64,000 bases of DNA from Terriglobia bacterium (GCA_963664115.2 CAXWPJ010000007.1:40732-104731), one strand, 5' to 3'; counted from the first letter of the stretch, positions 48,531 through 59,310 are shown. Made by a program: numbers and translations. Notes: a model not told the origin generated them from the letters alone.

Positions 48531-49385
48531 CTAGCGCTCCGGCATTAATTCGCGGATGCGCTCTTTAAATTCGGGATACATGGTTTCCGGTCCACCCTGG
48601 GTTGCCTCCAGCGGCAGCGCATAGACGCCTGCAGCTTCGAGCGCATAGGGATTCTCTCCCGGATAGTAGTGCGGTACAAACCCGGGTTCCCGATCCACCT
48701 CCGTGACCACCGTGCATGGATAGGGCGGGACTTGCTGGTTCGCGGTCCACTGGAATTCTCCTGTTCGAATGAGGGGCTCCTCCAGGTATACCGGATCGTA
48801 GGTGATCGTGGTCCAGGTCATGACATCATCATTCCGGATCAGGTACTCCACAACCTCTGCACGGTCGCTCCTGGGCAGGCCGTTTCTTCGAATGTAGTCC
48901 TCCTTGATGTGCGTCGTATGGATCCGGAGGACATCACCCACCCAGGTGCCCGTAGAAAAGCCGGCCCAGACGTGGGGTTCGTTCGGACCGGGATGCGGGC
49001 GCCCATCCATATAGATGGGACGGTCGACAGAACGTAACCATTCAAAATGGTAAGCGACGATGTTCCGCGTGACGGGATCGATTTCAGGGGTAATGAATGG
49101 CCGTGACGGACCGCGGGTGATGTAATCCACACCGTGAGGCCGGCACTGCCACTCGGGCAGGGACTGAATTGAGGAATCCCATAGCTCGGCCCTGGCCCGG
49201 GACGCGTCATTGATCGGCATCCCCATGTATTCGCCCAGTTCGGGGCCCCCGACGCGCTCGTCGCGGTCTTCGTCCATTACGGGGGCCCACTGCCCCGAAA
49301 TATCCATCTGCGCAAACGTGGGGACGACCCCAAAGGCCATCGCAATCACGCACATGCAGCATATTCTAAGAGGATCGGTGTTCAT
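48531..49385 (-). CDS. Secreted hypothetical protein (paralog of 45607-46464)
   Basis: Mature region nearly identical to 45607-46464 by eye; different signal peptide. Confidence 0.85.
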   Translation of the reverse strand: MNTDPLRICCMCVIAMAFGVVPTFAQMDISGQWAPVMDEDRDERVGGPELGEYMGMPINDASRARAELWDSSIQSLPEWQCRPHGVDYITRGPSRPFITPEIDPVTRNIVAYHFEWLRSVDRPIYMDGRPHPGPNEPHVWAGFSTGTWVGDVLRIHTTHIKEDYIRRNGLPRSDRAEVVEYLIRNDDVMTWTTITYDPVYLEEPLIRTGEFQWTANQQVPPYPCTVVTEVDREPGFVPHYYPGENPYALEAAGVYALPLEATQGGPETMYPEFKERIRELMPER

Positions 49386-49651
49386 ATTTCTGTCCTGAAA
49401 ATCAAAAACCGCCTTCTCATCGGGAAAGCGATTGAGGCAGTCCGGTCCACTTTCGCTGGGGGCCCTAGACCCCTGTTTCTAGAGTGTTATACACCCTCAA
49501 ATGGGGGCGTCCAAGTCGAAACTTGGTTTTGGCGCCTTCGAACTCGCACCATTCTAAGCCATATCGTAATCCGTCCCCAAATCAACGTCCGGTGGTCGGG
49601 CTTCGGTCGTCGCCAATTGACTCCTGTCCCGACGGGTGCTAGCTTCCGCCC

Positions 49652-50971
49652 ATGCGCATCAAATCGCCGACTGAATCCGTAAACCCTGTGTCGTCGGCAG
49701 GGGAATGGACGCTCGTCGAGCGGCTGATCTTCCGCTTCTGCTTCATCTATTTCGCACTATTTTCTCTTACGACAAAAATCGCGGGCGGCCTGCTCCTTCT
49801 GCCCGATCGATCGATCAGCGGTCTGGGCATCCTCTGGCCCTTGCGCCAGGTCACTTTCTGGGTCGGGGCGCATATCTTTGCCATCTCCGAAACTCTCCAG
49901 TACACGGGGAACAGCTGGGACACCGATTTCTACTGGGTACAGGCAGCCTGGGTGCTGGCCGTCTCCATCGCTGCCACCGGCCTCTGGTGCGCGCTCGACC
50001 GCCGGCGCCACAACTACGTGATGCTTCATGAATGGATGCGCATCTTCCTTCGACTGGCGATCGCCTCTCAGATGTTCGAATACGGAATCGCCAAAGTGAT
50101 TCCGGTCCAATTCCCGACCCCGTCTCTGATTACGCTGGTCACACCGGTAGGTGGCGTGTCGATTCAGGGGCTGCTGTGGACTTTTATCGGTGCGTCTCCG
50201 CTGTATCAAATTCTGACAGGGGTCGTGGAAGTGACGGGGGGCCTCTTGCTGCTCGTTGGACGTACGACCCTGCTGGGCGCCTTCATTACGCTGGCCGCCA
50301 TGCTACAGATTTTCGCCTTCAATGTGCTGTATGACGTCGGCGTAAAGTTGGTCTCGTTCCATTTGATCCTGATGACGCTCTTCCTGCTGGCGCCGCAGTT
50401 TCCACGTCTTCGAGATTTCTTCTTAAGGAATCGCCCCGCTGCGGCTTCAGACCGGCCCCAGATCTTCGCCACGCGCCGCACCCGGCGCATCGCGGTCGCA
50501 GCCCAGCTGATATTCGGCCTCTATATGCTGGGTGTTTACACAAATGTGACCCGGATTTATTGGTATCAAGGGGGTGGGGGCAGTCCGCGCTCGCCCCTCT
50601 ACGGGATCTGGGACGTGGAAGAACTTTCCGTCGACGGCCAGGTGCGTGCACCCGTCCTCAACGATTACGATCGCCGCTGGCGCCGTGTGATTTTCGACGA
50701 ACCAGCCAGCATGGTCTTTCAACGCACCGATGATTCGTTTTCCCGCTACGGCGTGTCCATCGACCTCAACCGCAACGTTCTGGTACTGAGCAAGGGTGAG
50801 AGCAGGAGCTGGAACTCCAGCTTCATCTTCCAACGCGGGGGGGATGATCGACTGGTCCTTGAAGGCGACATGGACGATTATAGTATCCGCATGGAACTCC
50901 GGCGCCTTGAACCGGACACGTTCCAGCTCCTCAACAGTCATTTCCGTTGGGTCCGACCTCCGGATCCCTAG
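49652..50971 (+). CDS. DoxX-like multi-TM membrane protein
   Basis: YG.AK....QF, LLW.F.G.S..Y....G..E, N..YDV.VK; soluble C-terminal domain (SPLYGIW.V). Confidence 0.7.
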   Translation: MRIKSPTESVNPVSSAGEWTLVERLIFRFCFIYFALFSLTTKIAGGLLLLPDRSISGLGILWPLRQVTFWVGAHIFAISETLQYTGNSWDTDFYWVQAAWVLAVSIAATGLWCALDRRRHNYVMLHEWMRIFLRLAIASQMFEYGIAKVIPVQFPTPSLITLVTPVGGVSIQGLLWTFIGASPLYQILTGVVEVTGGLLLLVGRTTLLGAFITLAAMLQIFAFNVLYDVGVKLVSFHLILMTLFLLAPQFPRLRDFFLRNRPAAASDRPQIFATRRTRRIAVAAQLIFGLYMLGVYTNVTRIYWYQGGGGSPRSPLYGIWDVEELSVDGQVRAPVLNDYDRRWRRVIFDEPASMVFQRTDDSFSRYGVSIDLNRNVLVLSKGESRSWNSSFIFQRGGDDRLVLEGDMDDYSIRMELRRLEPDTFQLLNSHFRWVRPPDP

Positions 50972-50988
50972 TGACGTCTGCGAAGGCA

Positions 50989-51504
50989 CTATTGCTTCTC
51001 ATACACCACCATGCTGTGTACTTCCTGCCCCGCAGCGTTTCTCTCGGTGGTGACCGTCGTGAGCGTTCGGCCGTCGGGGGAGACGACGGTTCGTGCCCTG
51101 GCAACCCGGCCACCGTCGACCTTGATGACGACGTCGTAGGTCAGGGCGTCAATCCGCGTGTAGGCGTTCGTCAGGACATAATCCGCCCCCTGCACAGCGT
51201 AATCCTGCCCGTCAAATTTTCCGGTCCACTCCAGATGGATAACGCCGCCGCGGATGCCAACCACGTCGTAGGTCACTTTCAAACCGTCTTCCCACGGTTC
51301 GATCCAGCACGTCGTCCTTTTAAAGCGCGTCGAGCTTTGTGACGACGCGGAAGCGTCGAGTTCCCAGGTTCCAAATAAAAGGTCTGAGCTTTGGCCCATC
51401 AGCGTGCATGGCAGCATTATTGCGGCCATTATTAACATCAGGGCGCCAAAAATCCTTCGCCTGCGCATGAGGCAAAGCATCACACTCTCGATCTGAGGTG
51501 TCAA
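50989..51504 (-). CDS. Secreted hypothetical protein, lipocalin-like
   Basis: GTW.L...S, FDG.DY.V.G, VS.DG.TLT, VYEKQ; start uncertain. Confidence 0.65.
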   Translation of the reverse strand: MTPQIESVMLCLMRRRRIFGALMLIMAAIMLPCTLMGQSSDLLFGTWELDASASSQSSTRFKRTTCWIEPWEDGLKVTYDVVGIRGGVIHLEWTGKFDGQDYAVQGADYVLTNAYTRIDALTYDVVIKVDGGRVARARTVVSPDGRTLTTVTTERNAAGQEVHSMVVYEKQ

Positions 51505-51657
51505 CCGATCGAGCAGGGCAGTCGTGATGTCTTTTAAAAAAGGAATTGCACCGACCGTTCAAAAAACCCAAGGGCGAGCCGGGGTGGAGACCTCATCCCT
51601 TATCGCCGCCATTGAGGGGCCGCCGAGAGTTGCACATCGAAGGGTCTGTCCCGGAGA

Positions 51658-52101
51658 ATGAAGGGCAGGGATATGGGAACTCGTCCACCAACCGCGAATC
51701 TGGAATCGAGGGACGCCATCGTTTTCTTCGACGGCGTATGTGGTCTTTGCAACCGTTTCGTGGACTTCATGCTGGCAAGGGATCACGAGGCCCATTTTCT
51801 ATTTGCCCCTTTGCAGGGCGAAACCTTCGCCGCCAGGGTCGGGGCGACGCGACATGAGGAGAGGCTTCGAAGCATTGTTTTCTGGGACGGTCAGCAGGCG
51901 CATGTGAAGTCGGAGGCGGTGCTGCGAGTCATCGCGCGTCTCGGTGGAGGATGGTTCCTGGCGCGCCCGTTGCGACTCGTTCCTCTTGCTTTGCGTGATT
52001 CAGTCTATGACTGCGTGGCGAAAAATCGTTACCGCTGGTTTGGTAAACGCGAAACCTGCCGTCTGCCGTCTGCGGCTGAAAAGGAACGCTTCCTGCCGTA
52101 G
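51658..52101 (+). CDS. DCC1/DUF393 thiol-disulfide oxidoreductase family protein
   Basis: FDGVCGLCN, FAPLQ, RD..Y..VA.NRYRWFG. Confidence 0.92.
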   Translation: MKGRDMGTRPPTANLESRDAIVFFDGVCGLCNRFVDFMLARDHEAHFLFAPLQGETFAARVGATRHEERLRSIVFWDGQQAHVKSEAVLRVIARLGGGWFLARPLRLVPLALRDSVYDCVAKNRYRWFGKRETCRLPSAAEKERFLP

Positions 52102-52241
52102 ACCCGGCCTTGCTCCAGCTTTGATCCCGACACCATCCCGATTGGATCGATCCCCGTCCCTGGCCCCGTCGATCTCCGCCATCTTGCTTACCGGCCCGGT
52201 ATACTGGACAGCAGACCAACTTAAAAGAACGAGGAGAACTG

Positions 52242-52565
52242 ATGGAACTTTCAGAAAAGACCTGCGTGCCGTGCCGCGGGGGCATCCCACCGCTGACACC
52301 CGAGGAGATCCGTCCGCTGGCTGGGGCGGTCAACAACTGGAGTGTGATCGAGAATCATCATATCGAAAGACAGTTCGAGTTTTCGGACTTCAAGATGGCT
52401 TTGGAGTTTGTGAACCGGGTCGGAGCGCTGGCCGAAGAGCAGGGGCACCATCCCGATCTCTACCTGGCATGGGGCAGAGTCGGTGTCTCAATCTGGACGC
52501 ATAAGATCGACGGGCTCACAGAGAGTGATTTCATTCTTGCAGCCAAGGTGGACAGTCTCCTGTAG
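52242..52565 (+). CDS. phhB: Pterin-4-alpha-carbinolamine dehydratase
   Basis: AE..GHHPD, WTH..DGL.E.DFILAAK. Confidence 0.93.
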   Translation: MELSEKTCVPCRGGIPPLTPEEIRPLAGAVNNWSVIENHHIERQFEFSDFKMALEFVNRVGALAEEQGHHPDLYLAWGRVGVSIWTHKIDGLTESDFILAAKVDSLL

Positions 52566-52811
52566 CAGCCTGGTTCGATTGCGGCACTCGAGGCAAAGGA
52601 CCCACCGTCAATTCAAGTGTTTGCGAGTTACGTTTCCTTAAATTTCAGCCGTTCAGAACGGACCTGCTCTGGCTGACCGACCCATAGCGTTAGATGATTC
52701 GAGATGAGACTTGACTCGGGCCATGTCATAATTCTAATAATTATAGGAATTGCTGGCTCATTGGCTGTGAGCTAAGCGGCCCGACCCAGAACCTAGAGCC
52801 AGGAAGAGCCG

Positions 52812-54014
52812 ATGGAAAAAACCTACGTCAGTCGAAAACCGATATACGGATCCAACGTGAGCGTGCATGCTTACGAGCTCATTTCACAGCCGCGTGAGCG
52901 CAGCAATCCTCTCCCAACGGCGATCGACCTGGACACGCTTCGTGATGATCTGGGGACTTTTTCCGAAGTGGGCCTCGATCAGATTGTTGGGGACCACCAG
53001 GCCTTCGTGAACGTATCCCGTGAAGCCGTGATCGCCGGCTATTGCCTGTCTCTTTCAAAGCACCGGGTCGTATTGGAAGTTCTCTCAGAAATCATCTCGG
53101 ACCCGGCGCTCACGGATGGACTCTCGGAGTTGTCCCGAATGGGATACAAGATCGCGGTTGGAAACACGACGCTCCAGTCTTTGAATGGAACCAGCCGATC
53201 GGTTGTGGATATCGTTCGGGTCAACGTTCGTGACTTAAAGGATGACGAACTGGCGGAGCATGTCAATGCGCTGTCGGGTCTCAGCGTCCGTCTGCTGGCG
53301 GACAACGTCGATACCTACGAACAGTTCGAGATGTGCAAAAAACAAAACTTCGAAATGTATGAGGGATACTTCTTTTGTTCTCCGAAGAATACAGGCACAG
53401 ATATCCCCGTCAACCGCCTGGCCGCGGTGCGGCTCCTGGGCAAGCTCCAGGATCCCTCCCTCAGCCTGAACGAGCTCGAGCAATCCATCAGTACCGACCT
53501 TACGCTCAGCTACAAGCTGTTGCGGTTTGCGAACTCCGCCTTCATTGGACTGAACCGGACCGTGGACTCGATCAGCCACGCCGCAAAACTGATTGGAATG
53601 GAACGAATCCGCCTCTGGGCCAGCCTGCTGATGTTCTCCAAGATGGAGGACAAACCGCGGGAACTCATGATCACTGCAATCGTACGTGCCGCCATGTGTG
53701 AAAGGTTGGCCTCTTCGGCCAACGACCGCCCGAAAGAATCTTTCTTTACCGTCGGTCTCTTGTCGGTGCTCGACGCGCTGATGGATCGTCCGATGGAAGA
53801 GGCTCTAACGGAACTACCCGTTTCGACTGAAGTTGGATCCGCGCTCACACATCTGGAAGGGTCTTATGGCGAAGCGCTCCGGTGTGTTCTCGCCTATGAG
53901 CGGGGTGAGTGGGATCGTGTCTGTTACAAAGATCTTCGACCGATGACGATTCGGAGCCACTATCTGGATTCGTTGGGGTGGGCTCGCCGTATCAGTGAAG
54001 GGCTCGAAATCTAA
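52812..54014 (+). CDS. EAL-HDOD domain protein (YuxH-like)
   Basis: R.PI....V.AYEL, VVLEVL, LLA..V, GYFF; HDOD region LSYKLL...NS, F.VGL.S.LDA. Confidence 0.85.
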   Translation: MEKTYVSRKPIYGSNVSVHAYELISQPRERSNPLPTAIDLDTLRDDLGTFSEVGLDQIVGDHQAFVNVSREAVIAGYCLSLSKHRVVLEVLSEIISDPALTDGLSELSRMGYKIAVGNTTLQSLNGTSRSVVDIVRVNVRDLKDDELAEHVNALSGLSVRLLADNVDTYEQFEMCKKQNFEMYEGYFFCSPKNTGTDIPVNRLAAVRLLGKLQDPSLSLNELEQSISTDLTLSYKLLRFANSAFIGLNRTVDSISHAAKLIGMERIRLWASLLMFSKMEDKPRELMITAIVRAAMCERLASSANDRPKESFFTVGLLSVLDALMDRPMEEALTELPVSTEVGSALTHLEGSYGEALRCVLAYERGEWDRVCYKDLRPMTIRSHYLDSLGWARRISEGLEI

Positions 54015-55453
54015 TTGGACACATGCTGCGTGTCGAAGTAAGCCTGTTTGAAATGGACGTAGCGCTGCCTGAGTCCCCGGTCGGGGTCGGGACCAATCGT
54101 TCGGGCCGTGGCCAGTAAAGATTCGCTCGCCTCCCGTGTCGTAACGCCCAGAGCCTCGAAACCGCAACGGGCAGCCCCGCGCAAGGTGGCCAAACCCGGC
54201 TCGAGGGGTTCAATGACCCTGGCAGGAATGATCGCTGCCAGGATGACGGCCAGTTCCCGTGTCTGAAACCCGTTACCGGAGAGGACGGCGGTTTCCGAGT
54301 CGGGCCCCAAGACCTCGCTGACCCGTTCATAGTAAACCCCGATCTGGAAAGCCACACCTTCAAGCACCGAGCGTCCTAACAGCTCAAGATTTGCGCCGCA
54401 GTCGGGGAGAATCCAACGTGCATGTTGGGTCGAATCCCAGAAGGGCGCGCGTTCGCCATAGATATGCGGCAGGAACACGGGCACCTCTTCCCCTTGCTGG
54501 GGCTCTCTGAACGTGCTCACTCCGAGTTCCTGGCGTGCCCAATCCAGAACGTTCCCGCCATTGTTACTGGCGGCTCCGATGAGGAACAGCTCCGGTCCGT
54601 AGCGATAGCAAAACGTACCGCTACTGTCCTCCATGGACGGCGCGGGCGCGAAGCGGCGAACGCTGGCCGTAGTACCCACTGTTATAGCGATTCGCTCAGG
54701 CCTATCACCTCCCGAGCCCAGGGTCGCGAGGAACCCGTCACCGCCGCCGGCTATGACGGGCAAACCCGCCCGAAGCCCCAGCATCGGAGCCGCGGATTCA
54801 GAGAGTGGAGCGATCGCTTCACCGGGCTGAATCACGGGAGGAAACTTGGCGGGGTCGATCCCGAGGGCATCCAGAGTCAGCGTGTCCCACCGTCCGGTGT
54901 GCAGATTTAACAAGCCCGAAGCGGAGGCGGTTGAAACGTCTTCGGCCCAATGACCCGTCAACTGGGCGCCGACATATGCTTTGACTGAAAGGACGCGATG
55001 CGTTTCGGCGAGAACGTCGGGAGTCTCGTGACCGATACGTGCCAATTTGAATACCGGGAACGAGGGGTGAAAATAGGCCCCGGTCCTCAACGAATAATCG
55101 CACCCCAATCGTCCTTCAACGTGGTCTGCGAATTCGGGATGTTCCGAATCCATCCATGTGTAGACAGGGGACACGGCCAGGCCCTCCCGGTCGGTGAGGA
55201 CGAGCGTGTGCATCATCGAAGACAGCGTGATCGCATCGGGCGCTTCCGTGCCCGAGACGCAGGTTCGTATGGCGGCGCTCGTCTGTTCCCAAACGAAGGA
55301 AGCCGAAAGCGTTTGCCTCCCGCTGGAGTCGGGAATGAACGTCCAATCGAAGCGGGTCCGTCGAATCGGCCGAAGTCCGGGTGTGAACAGAGCCGCCGAG
55401 ACACCACCTGAAGAGATGTCCACCGCCAGAATGGTCGCGCGGTTCGCCTGCAT
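54011..55453 (-). CDS. gntK: FGGY-family carbohydrate kinase (gluconokinase-like)
   Basis: S.MH, TW.D, S.AS.SGL, GDG, GERAP.W, EGV; coupled to gnd. Confidence 0.75.
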   Translation of the reverse strand: MQANRATILAVDISSGGVSAALFTPGLRPIRRTRFDWTFIPDSSGRQTLSASFVWEQTSAAIRTCVSGTEAPDAITLSSMMHTLVLTDREGLAVSPVYTWMDSEHPEFADHVEGRLGCDYSLRTGAYFHPSFPVFKLARIGHETPDVLAETHRVLSVKAYVGAQLTGHWAEDVSTASASGLLNLHTGRWDTLTLDALGIDPAKFPPVIQPGEAIAPLSESAAPMLGLRAGLPVIAGGGDGFLATLGSGGDRPERIAITVGTTASVRRFAPAPSMEDSSGTFCYRYGPELFLIGAASNNGGNVLDWARQELGVSTFREPQQGEEVPVFLPHIYGERAPFWDSTQHARWILPDCGANLELLGRSVLEGVAFQIGVYYERVSEVLGPDSETAVLSGNGFQTRELAVILAAIIPARVIEPLEPGLATLRGAARCGFEALGVTTREASESLLATARTIGPDPDRGLRQRYVHFKQAYFDTQHVSN

Positions 55454-56361
55454 CAATCGTTGGACGCGAACCCGTGTCCCCCGAACTCGTGACGGAGTGC
55501 GGCCAGGAGCCTGTTCGAAAACGCGTCTTGATCGCGAGATTGCAGCCTTGAGAGCAGGGCAAGCGTGATGATCGGAGCCGGAACGTCGAGGTCAATGGCT
55601 TCAGCCACGGTCCAGCGTCCTTCTCCGGAATCCTCGACACGCGAGCCGATATTTTCGAGCGAAGGATGCTCGGTCAGGGCCTTGCCGACGAGTTCGAGGA
55701 GCCAGGAACGAACGACACTGCCACTGTTCCATAGGGTCGCAACCTCGGCCAGATCGAGTTCGAAATCACTTTTTTTCTCAAGCAAGGCAAAGCCCTCGGC
55801 ATAGGCAGCCATCATGCCGTACTCGATCCCGTTGTGGATCATCTTGACGAAGTGACCGGCACCGGCAGCTCCAACCCGTCCCCATCCAGCGTCCGGGCGT
55901 GGGGCCAGCGCGGAAAAAATCGGGCCGAGGCGTTCTACTGCGGACCCGTCGCCGCCTATCATCAGACAGTATCCGTCGGCCTCACCCCAGATGCCGCCGC
56001 TTGTCCCGACGTCGAGGAATCGGACGCCGATCCGGGCAAGGGCCTGGCTGCGTCGCATACTGTCCTTATAATTCGAGTTGCCGCCATCGATCAGGATCCC
56101 ATCCTTGCCTAATCGTGCACTGATCTCTGCTATCGTTGCATCAACCGTACTTCCCGCAGGCACCATGAGCCAGATCGCGCGCGGTTCGTTGAGGCTTTCG
56201 ATGAGTTGGGTCACCGACGATGCGGTCTCGATCCCCGTGTCCCCAAGTCGGGCTCTCACCTCAGGATCTGAATCGAAGCCCACCACCTGATGACCTTTTA
56301 CGCTGAGGCGCCCTGCGATTCCTGCCCCCATTCGCCCCAGACCCACTATCCCGAGTTGCAT
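55453..56361 (-). CDS. gnd: 6-phosphogluconate dehydrogenase, short decarboxylating form
   Basis: GLGRMG, WLMVPAG, DGGNS, GTSGG.WG, GHFVKM.HNGIEYG, DSGEGRW, FGGH; start ATG 56361. Confidence 0.93.
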   Translation of the reverse strand: MQLGIVGLGRMGAGIAGRLSVKGHQVVGFDSDPEVRARLGDTGIETASSVTQLIESLNEPRAIWLMVPAGSTVDATIAEISARLGKDGILIDGGNSNYKDSMRRSQALARIGVRFLDVGTSGGIWGEADGYCLMIGGDGSAVERLGPIFSALAPRPDAGWGRVGAAGAGHFVKMIHNGIEYGMMAAYAEGFALLEKKSDFELDLAEVATLWNSGSVVRSWLLELVGKALTEHPSLENIGSRVEDSGEGRWTVAEAIDLDVPAPIITLALLSRLQSRDQDAFSNRLLAALRHEFGGHGFASND

Positions 56362-56410
56362 ACGGTCAGTCTCCTTCGCCCGCGTAATACACTGCATAAT
56401 ACGCCAGGTA

Positions 56411-58942
56411 TCATGCCATTGCTCGCAGAGCTGCTTCGAGCCTACGGGAGAACGACGCGTAGGATTCGTCTTCTTCCGGACGGATCGGGGTGCCGATCTT
56501 AAGCCATACCTCTCCGCGTTTCGGCCAATGCGCACCCACCGGAAGCAGCTCGAACGTGCCTTCGATCAGAAGCGGTACGACAGGGATCTCGAGCCGCACT
56601 GCCATAAACCCGACGCCGTACTGTAGGGGGCCTAAGGAACCATCGACGGTCCGCTTACCTTCGGGAAAGATAAGTGGGCAGTAGCCCGAACTGGCTAACT
56701 CTCCCGTATAGCGTAGCGATTCCCTCACCCGGCCCAACTGTTGCGGGAGGGTGTAGGTGTTGAAGGTCAGCGATGCCAGAAAATGTTCGACACGACCGAA
56801 AAAGGCAGAGGAGCTCCGGCGAAAGTATTCTTCCCGTACGGCTGGAGCGATTCGACCCCGCCAACGCCGCCCCAGCCCCTTGAGAATTACAGGCGTGTCC
56901 AGATGGCTGGCGTGGTTGGATGCGAACAATACCGGCCCTCGGATCGCCTCGAGGTACTCCAGTCCTTCGACATTCAGCCTGACAAAAACTCCCAGAAGCG
57001 GGCGAACCAGGGCTGTTTGCACGAGACTGCGAATCGACCGAACTATCAGATTGCGCGACCATCGCGAAGGGGACAGATCGGACATCGCTTGCGCGGAATC
57101 TGAGATTGTGCGTCTCATGGGCATTGCATCCACGCGTGTCGTTCCATCCCGGGCGGCTTCTACCTGGGCTTCAACTTCGGCAAGCGTCACAGCTTCTGAG
57201 AACTCGGTTTCGTCGAGCTCGATGCCGTAACGGGCTTCGAGTCCGGTGAGCAGATCGATTCGTTCCAGAGACGAGAGTCCCAGATCTTCGCTCAGATGCG
57301 TGTTCGGGCGGAGTCGGCCCCCACCGGGACCGATCAAGCCAGCAATGGATTCGATGAGCGAGGATGGATCTGGGTCGCGAGTGTGTTCGGAAACTGCCCC
57401 CGCCTCACCTACCCTTTCCCGTACCAGCCGCCGTTGCACTTTCAGTGTCGCCGGAGTACGGGGAAAGTCCGCATCGGGCCACAGTGAGCAGCTCCGAATG
57501 CGCTGTCCCGGCTCCAGGAGGCGATTTGCAGCCTCTATAAGCGAAGCCGGTTTGTTAAGCGGTTTGTCCAGGATCAGCACGGCATGGGGAACCTCACCAT
57601 GGGAGCCGGGGACCGGAATCACGACGCTATCGCGGACCCCACTGATCTTATTGAGAACCCCTTCGACGTCGTCGGGGTAGACGTTGAAACCGTCCGCGGT
57701 GACGATGATGTCTTTCTTCCGGCCCCGGTAGATCAGGTTTCCTTCTGCATCGATTTCACCAATGTCGCCCGTGTGGAACCAACCGTCCGAGTCGGTGACC
57801 GGGCGGACACCCGATCCGCTTTGGACGTATTCCTCGACGACGCTGGGCCCCCGGACCCGTATTTCACCATCCTCGGCGATAGTAATTTCCTGATTGCCCA
57901 GGCTTCGGCCTATGGTGCCACGTCGTGCGCGGAGAGGATGATTGGCGGTAACGACAGGACTGGTTTCTGTCAGTCCGTAACCCTGAATGACCAACAAGCC
58001 GATTCGAGACCAGAACTCCTCGACACTGACTTCAAGCGAAGCGCCCCCCACAATGAAGGACCAGAATTTCCACCCGAATTCCCGATGTATTCTTCGATAC
58101 CGCCACCAACGGCCCGGAACGCTACGCGCTTTCGTAGGGTCGAGACCTGTTTCCGGGTGCCGTCGTTCGACATCGGATCGGAGGGTTTCGAGAACATGGG
58201 GGACGGTGACAAGGACCGAGACCCCCTGGCTTCGAATCGTGCGGCGAATCGCTGCGGGATGGAGACCGGTCATGAAAACAACTGCACCTTCCAGCAGTAC
58301 AGGGATGAAGATCCCCATTGACTGTCCGAACATGTGACTCAGTGGGACCATGTCCAGGAATCGGACGGGCTGGAAGGGACGCGCCCAATGCCGATAGCGG
58401 TCGATCTCGCGACCAATCGGTGTCAAATTGGAACAGATGTTGCGATGGCGGTGCACCACGCCCCTGGGCTTTGCCGTCGTACCCGAGGTGTAGAGGATCT
58501 GGACGATGTCTTCACCCTTGATCGGAGGCCCGCTTCGGTCAGAAGGTACAGGCAGATCTGTGAGTTCCTGAATCCGAAAGTCTTCCGCTCCCTGAGGGGG
58601 TGGGGCGGTAAGCTGGCCACGAACCAGTAATCGCGCACCGGCCTCGGATTGAATCTGAGAGATCCGTTTCGGGGTCGCGCTCGCATCGACCGGAACGACC
58701 ACAACACCCTGGCTGATGCAGGCCCAGAAAACCGCAATCCACTCCGGACGGTTTTCACTCCAGAGAAGGAGACGGTCGCCGGGTGCGAAGCCCTCTCGTT
58801 TGAGGTATCCCGCAAATCGCGTGATGGCGTGGTCCAGTTCCTGATAAGTCCAGATCTCGGTGCGAATGCCGTCCGAAAAGCGGATAGCCTCTCGGGGACC
58901 CAGAGAGCGAATGCGCGAAAGGAGTTCCAGCAGAGTTTCCAT
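56411..58942 (-). CDS. Acyl-CoA synthetase-ACP-acyltransferase (PlsC) fusion
   Basis: YTSGTT, QGYGLTE, TGD; ACP DLGLSSL; NHASHLD, FPEG.R. Confidence 0.92.
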   Translation of the reverse strand: METLLELLSRIRSLGPREAIRFSDGIRTEIWTYQELDHAITRFAGYLKREGFAPGDRLLLWSENRPEWIAVFWACISQGVVVVPVDASATPKRISQIQSEAGARLLVRGQLTAPPPQGAEDFRIQELTDLPVPSDRSGPPIKGEDIVQILYTSGTTAKPRGVVHRHRNICSNLTPIGREIDRYRHWARPFQPVRFLDMVPLSHMFGQSMGIFIPVLLEGAVVFMTGLHPAAIRRTIRSQGVSVLVTVPHVLETLRSDVERRHPETGLDPTKARSVPGRWWRYRRIHREFGWKFWSFIVGGASLEVSVEEFWSRIGLLVIQGYGLTETSPVVTANHPLRARRGTIGRSLGNQEITIAEDGEIRVRGPSVVEEYVQSGSGVRPVTDSDGWFHTGDIGEIDAEGNLIYRGRKKDIIVTADGFNVYPDDVEGVLNKISGVRDSVVIPVPGSHGEVPHAVLILDKPLNKPASLIEAANRLLEPGQRIRSCSLWPDADFPRTPATLKVQRRLVRERVGEAGAVSEHTRDPDPSSLIESIAGLIGPGGGRLRPNTHLSEDLGLSSLERIDLLTGLEARYGIELDETEFSEAVTLAEVEAQVEAARDGTTRVDAMPMRRTISDSAQAMSDLSPSRWSRNLIVRSIRSLVQTALVRPLLGVFVRLNVEGLEYLEAIRGPVLFASNHASHLDTPVILKGLGRRWRGRIAPAVREEYFRRSSSAFFGRVEHFLASLTFNTYTLPQQLGRVRESLRYTGELASSGYCPLIFPEGKRTVDGSLGPLQYGVGFMAVRLEIPVVPLLIEGTFELLPVGAHWPKRGEVWLKIGTPIRPEEDESYASFSRRLEAALRAMA

Positions 58943-59310
58943 GACGAACTCGGAAGCGAAGTCGGGCTCGTGATCCTCCGCGAGCAGATCACACAGGGAA
59001 AGTAATACTTGAGATATATAGTGTCATCACAATGTTAAATATATATTTATAATCAAAATATGTCTGGTATTTCCTGAAAACCGACTGCCGGTTTCAAATT
59101 GCTCTCAAGTCTATAATAGCGCGCTGATCCCGCCCACCGAGACAAGGCACAGAGCCGGGTCCCGGCCGGCGCCCCTTTGCCTGGACTCGGGCCGTGGTGC
59201 ACTGAGAAGCGCAGGCGCGGCCACTGCGCCAGTTTCTGCGTTATTTTGCTGTCATAAAGGACGTTTTGGGGTCCAATAGATCAGGTTCGCTTCTGACGAA
59301 ACATCCGGCT

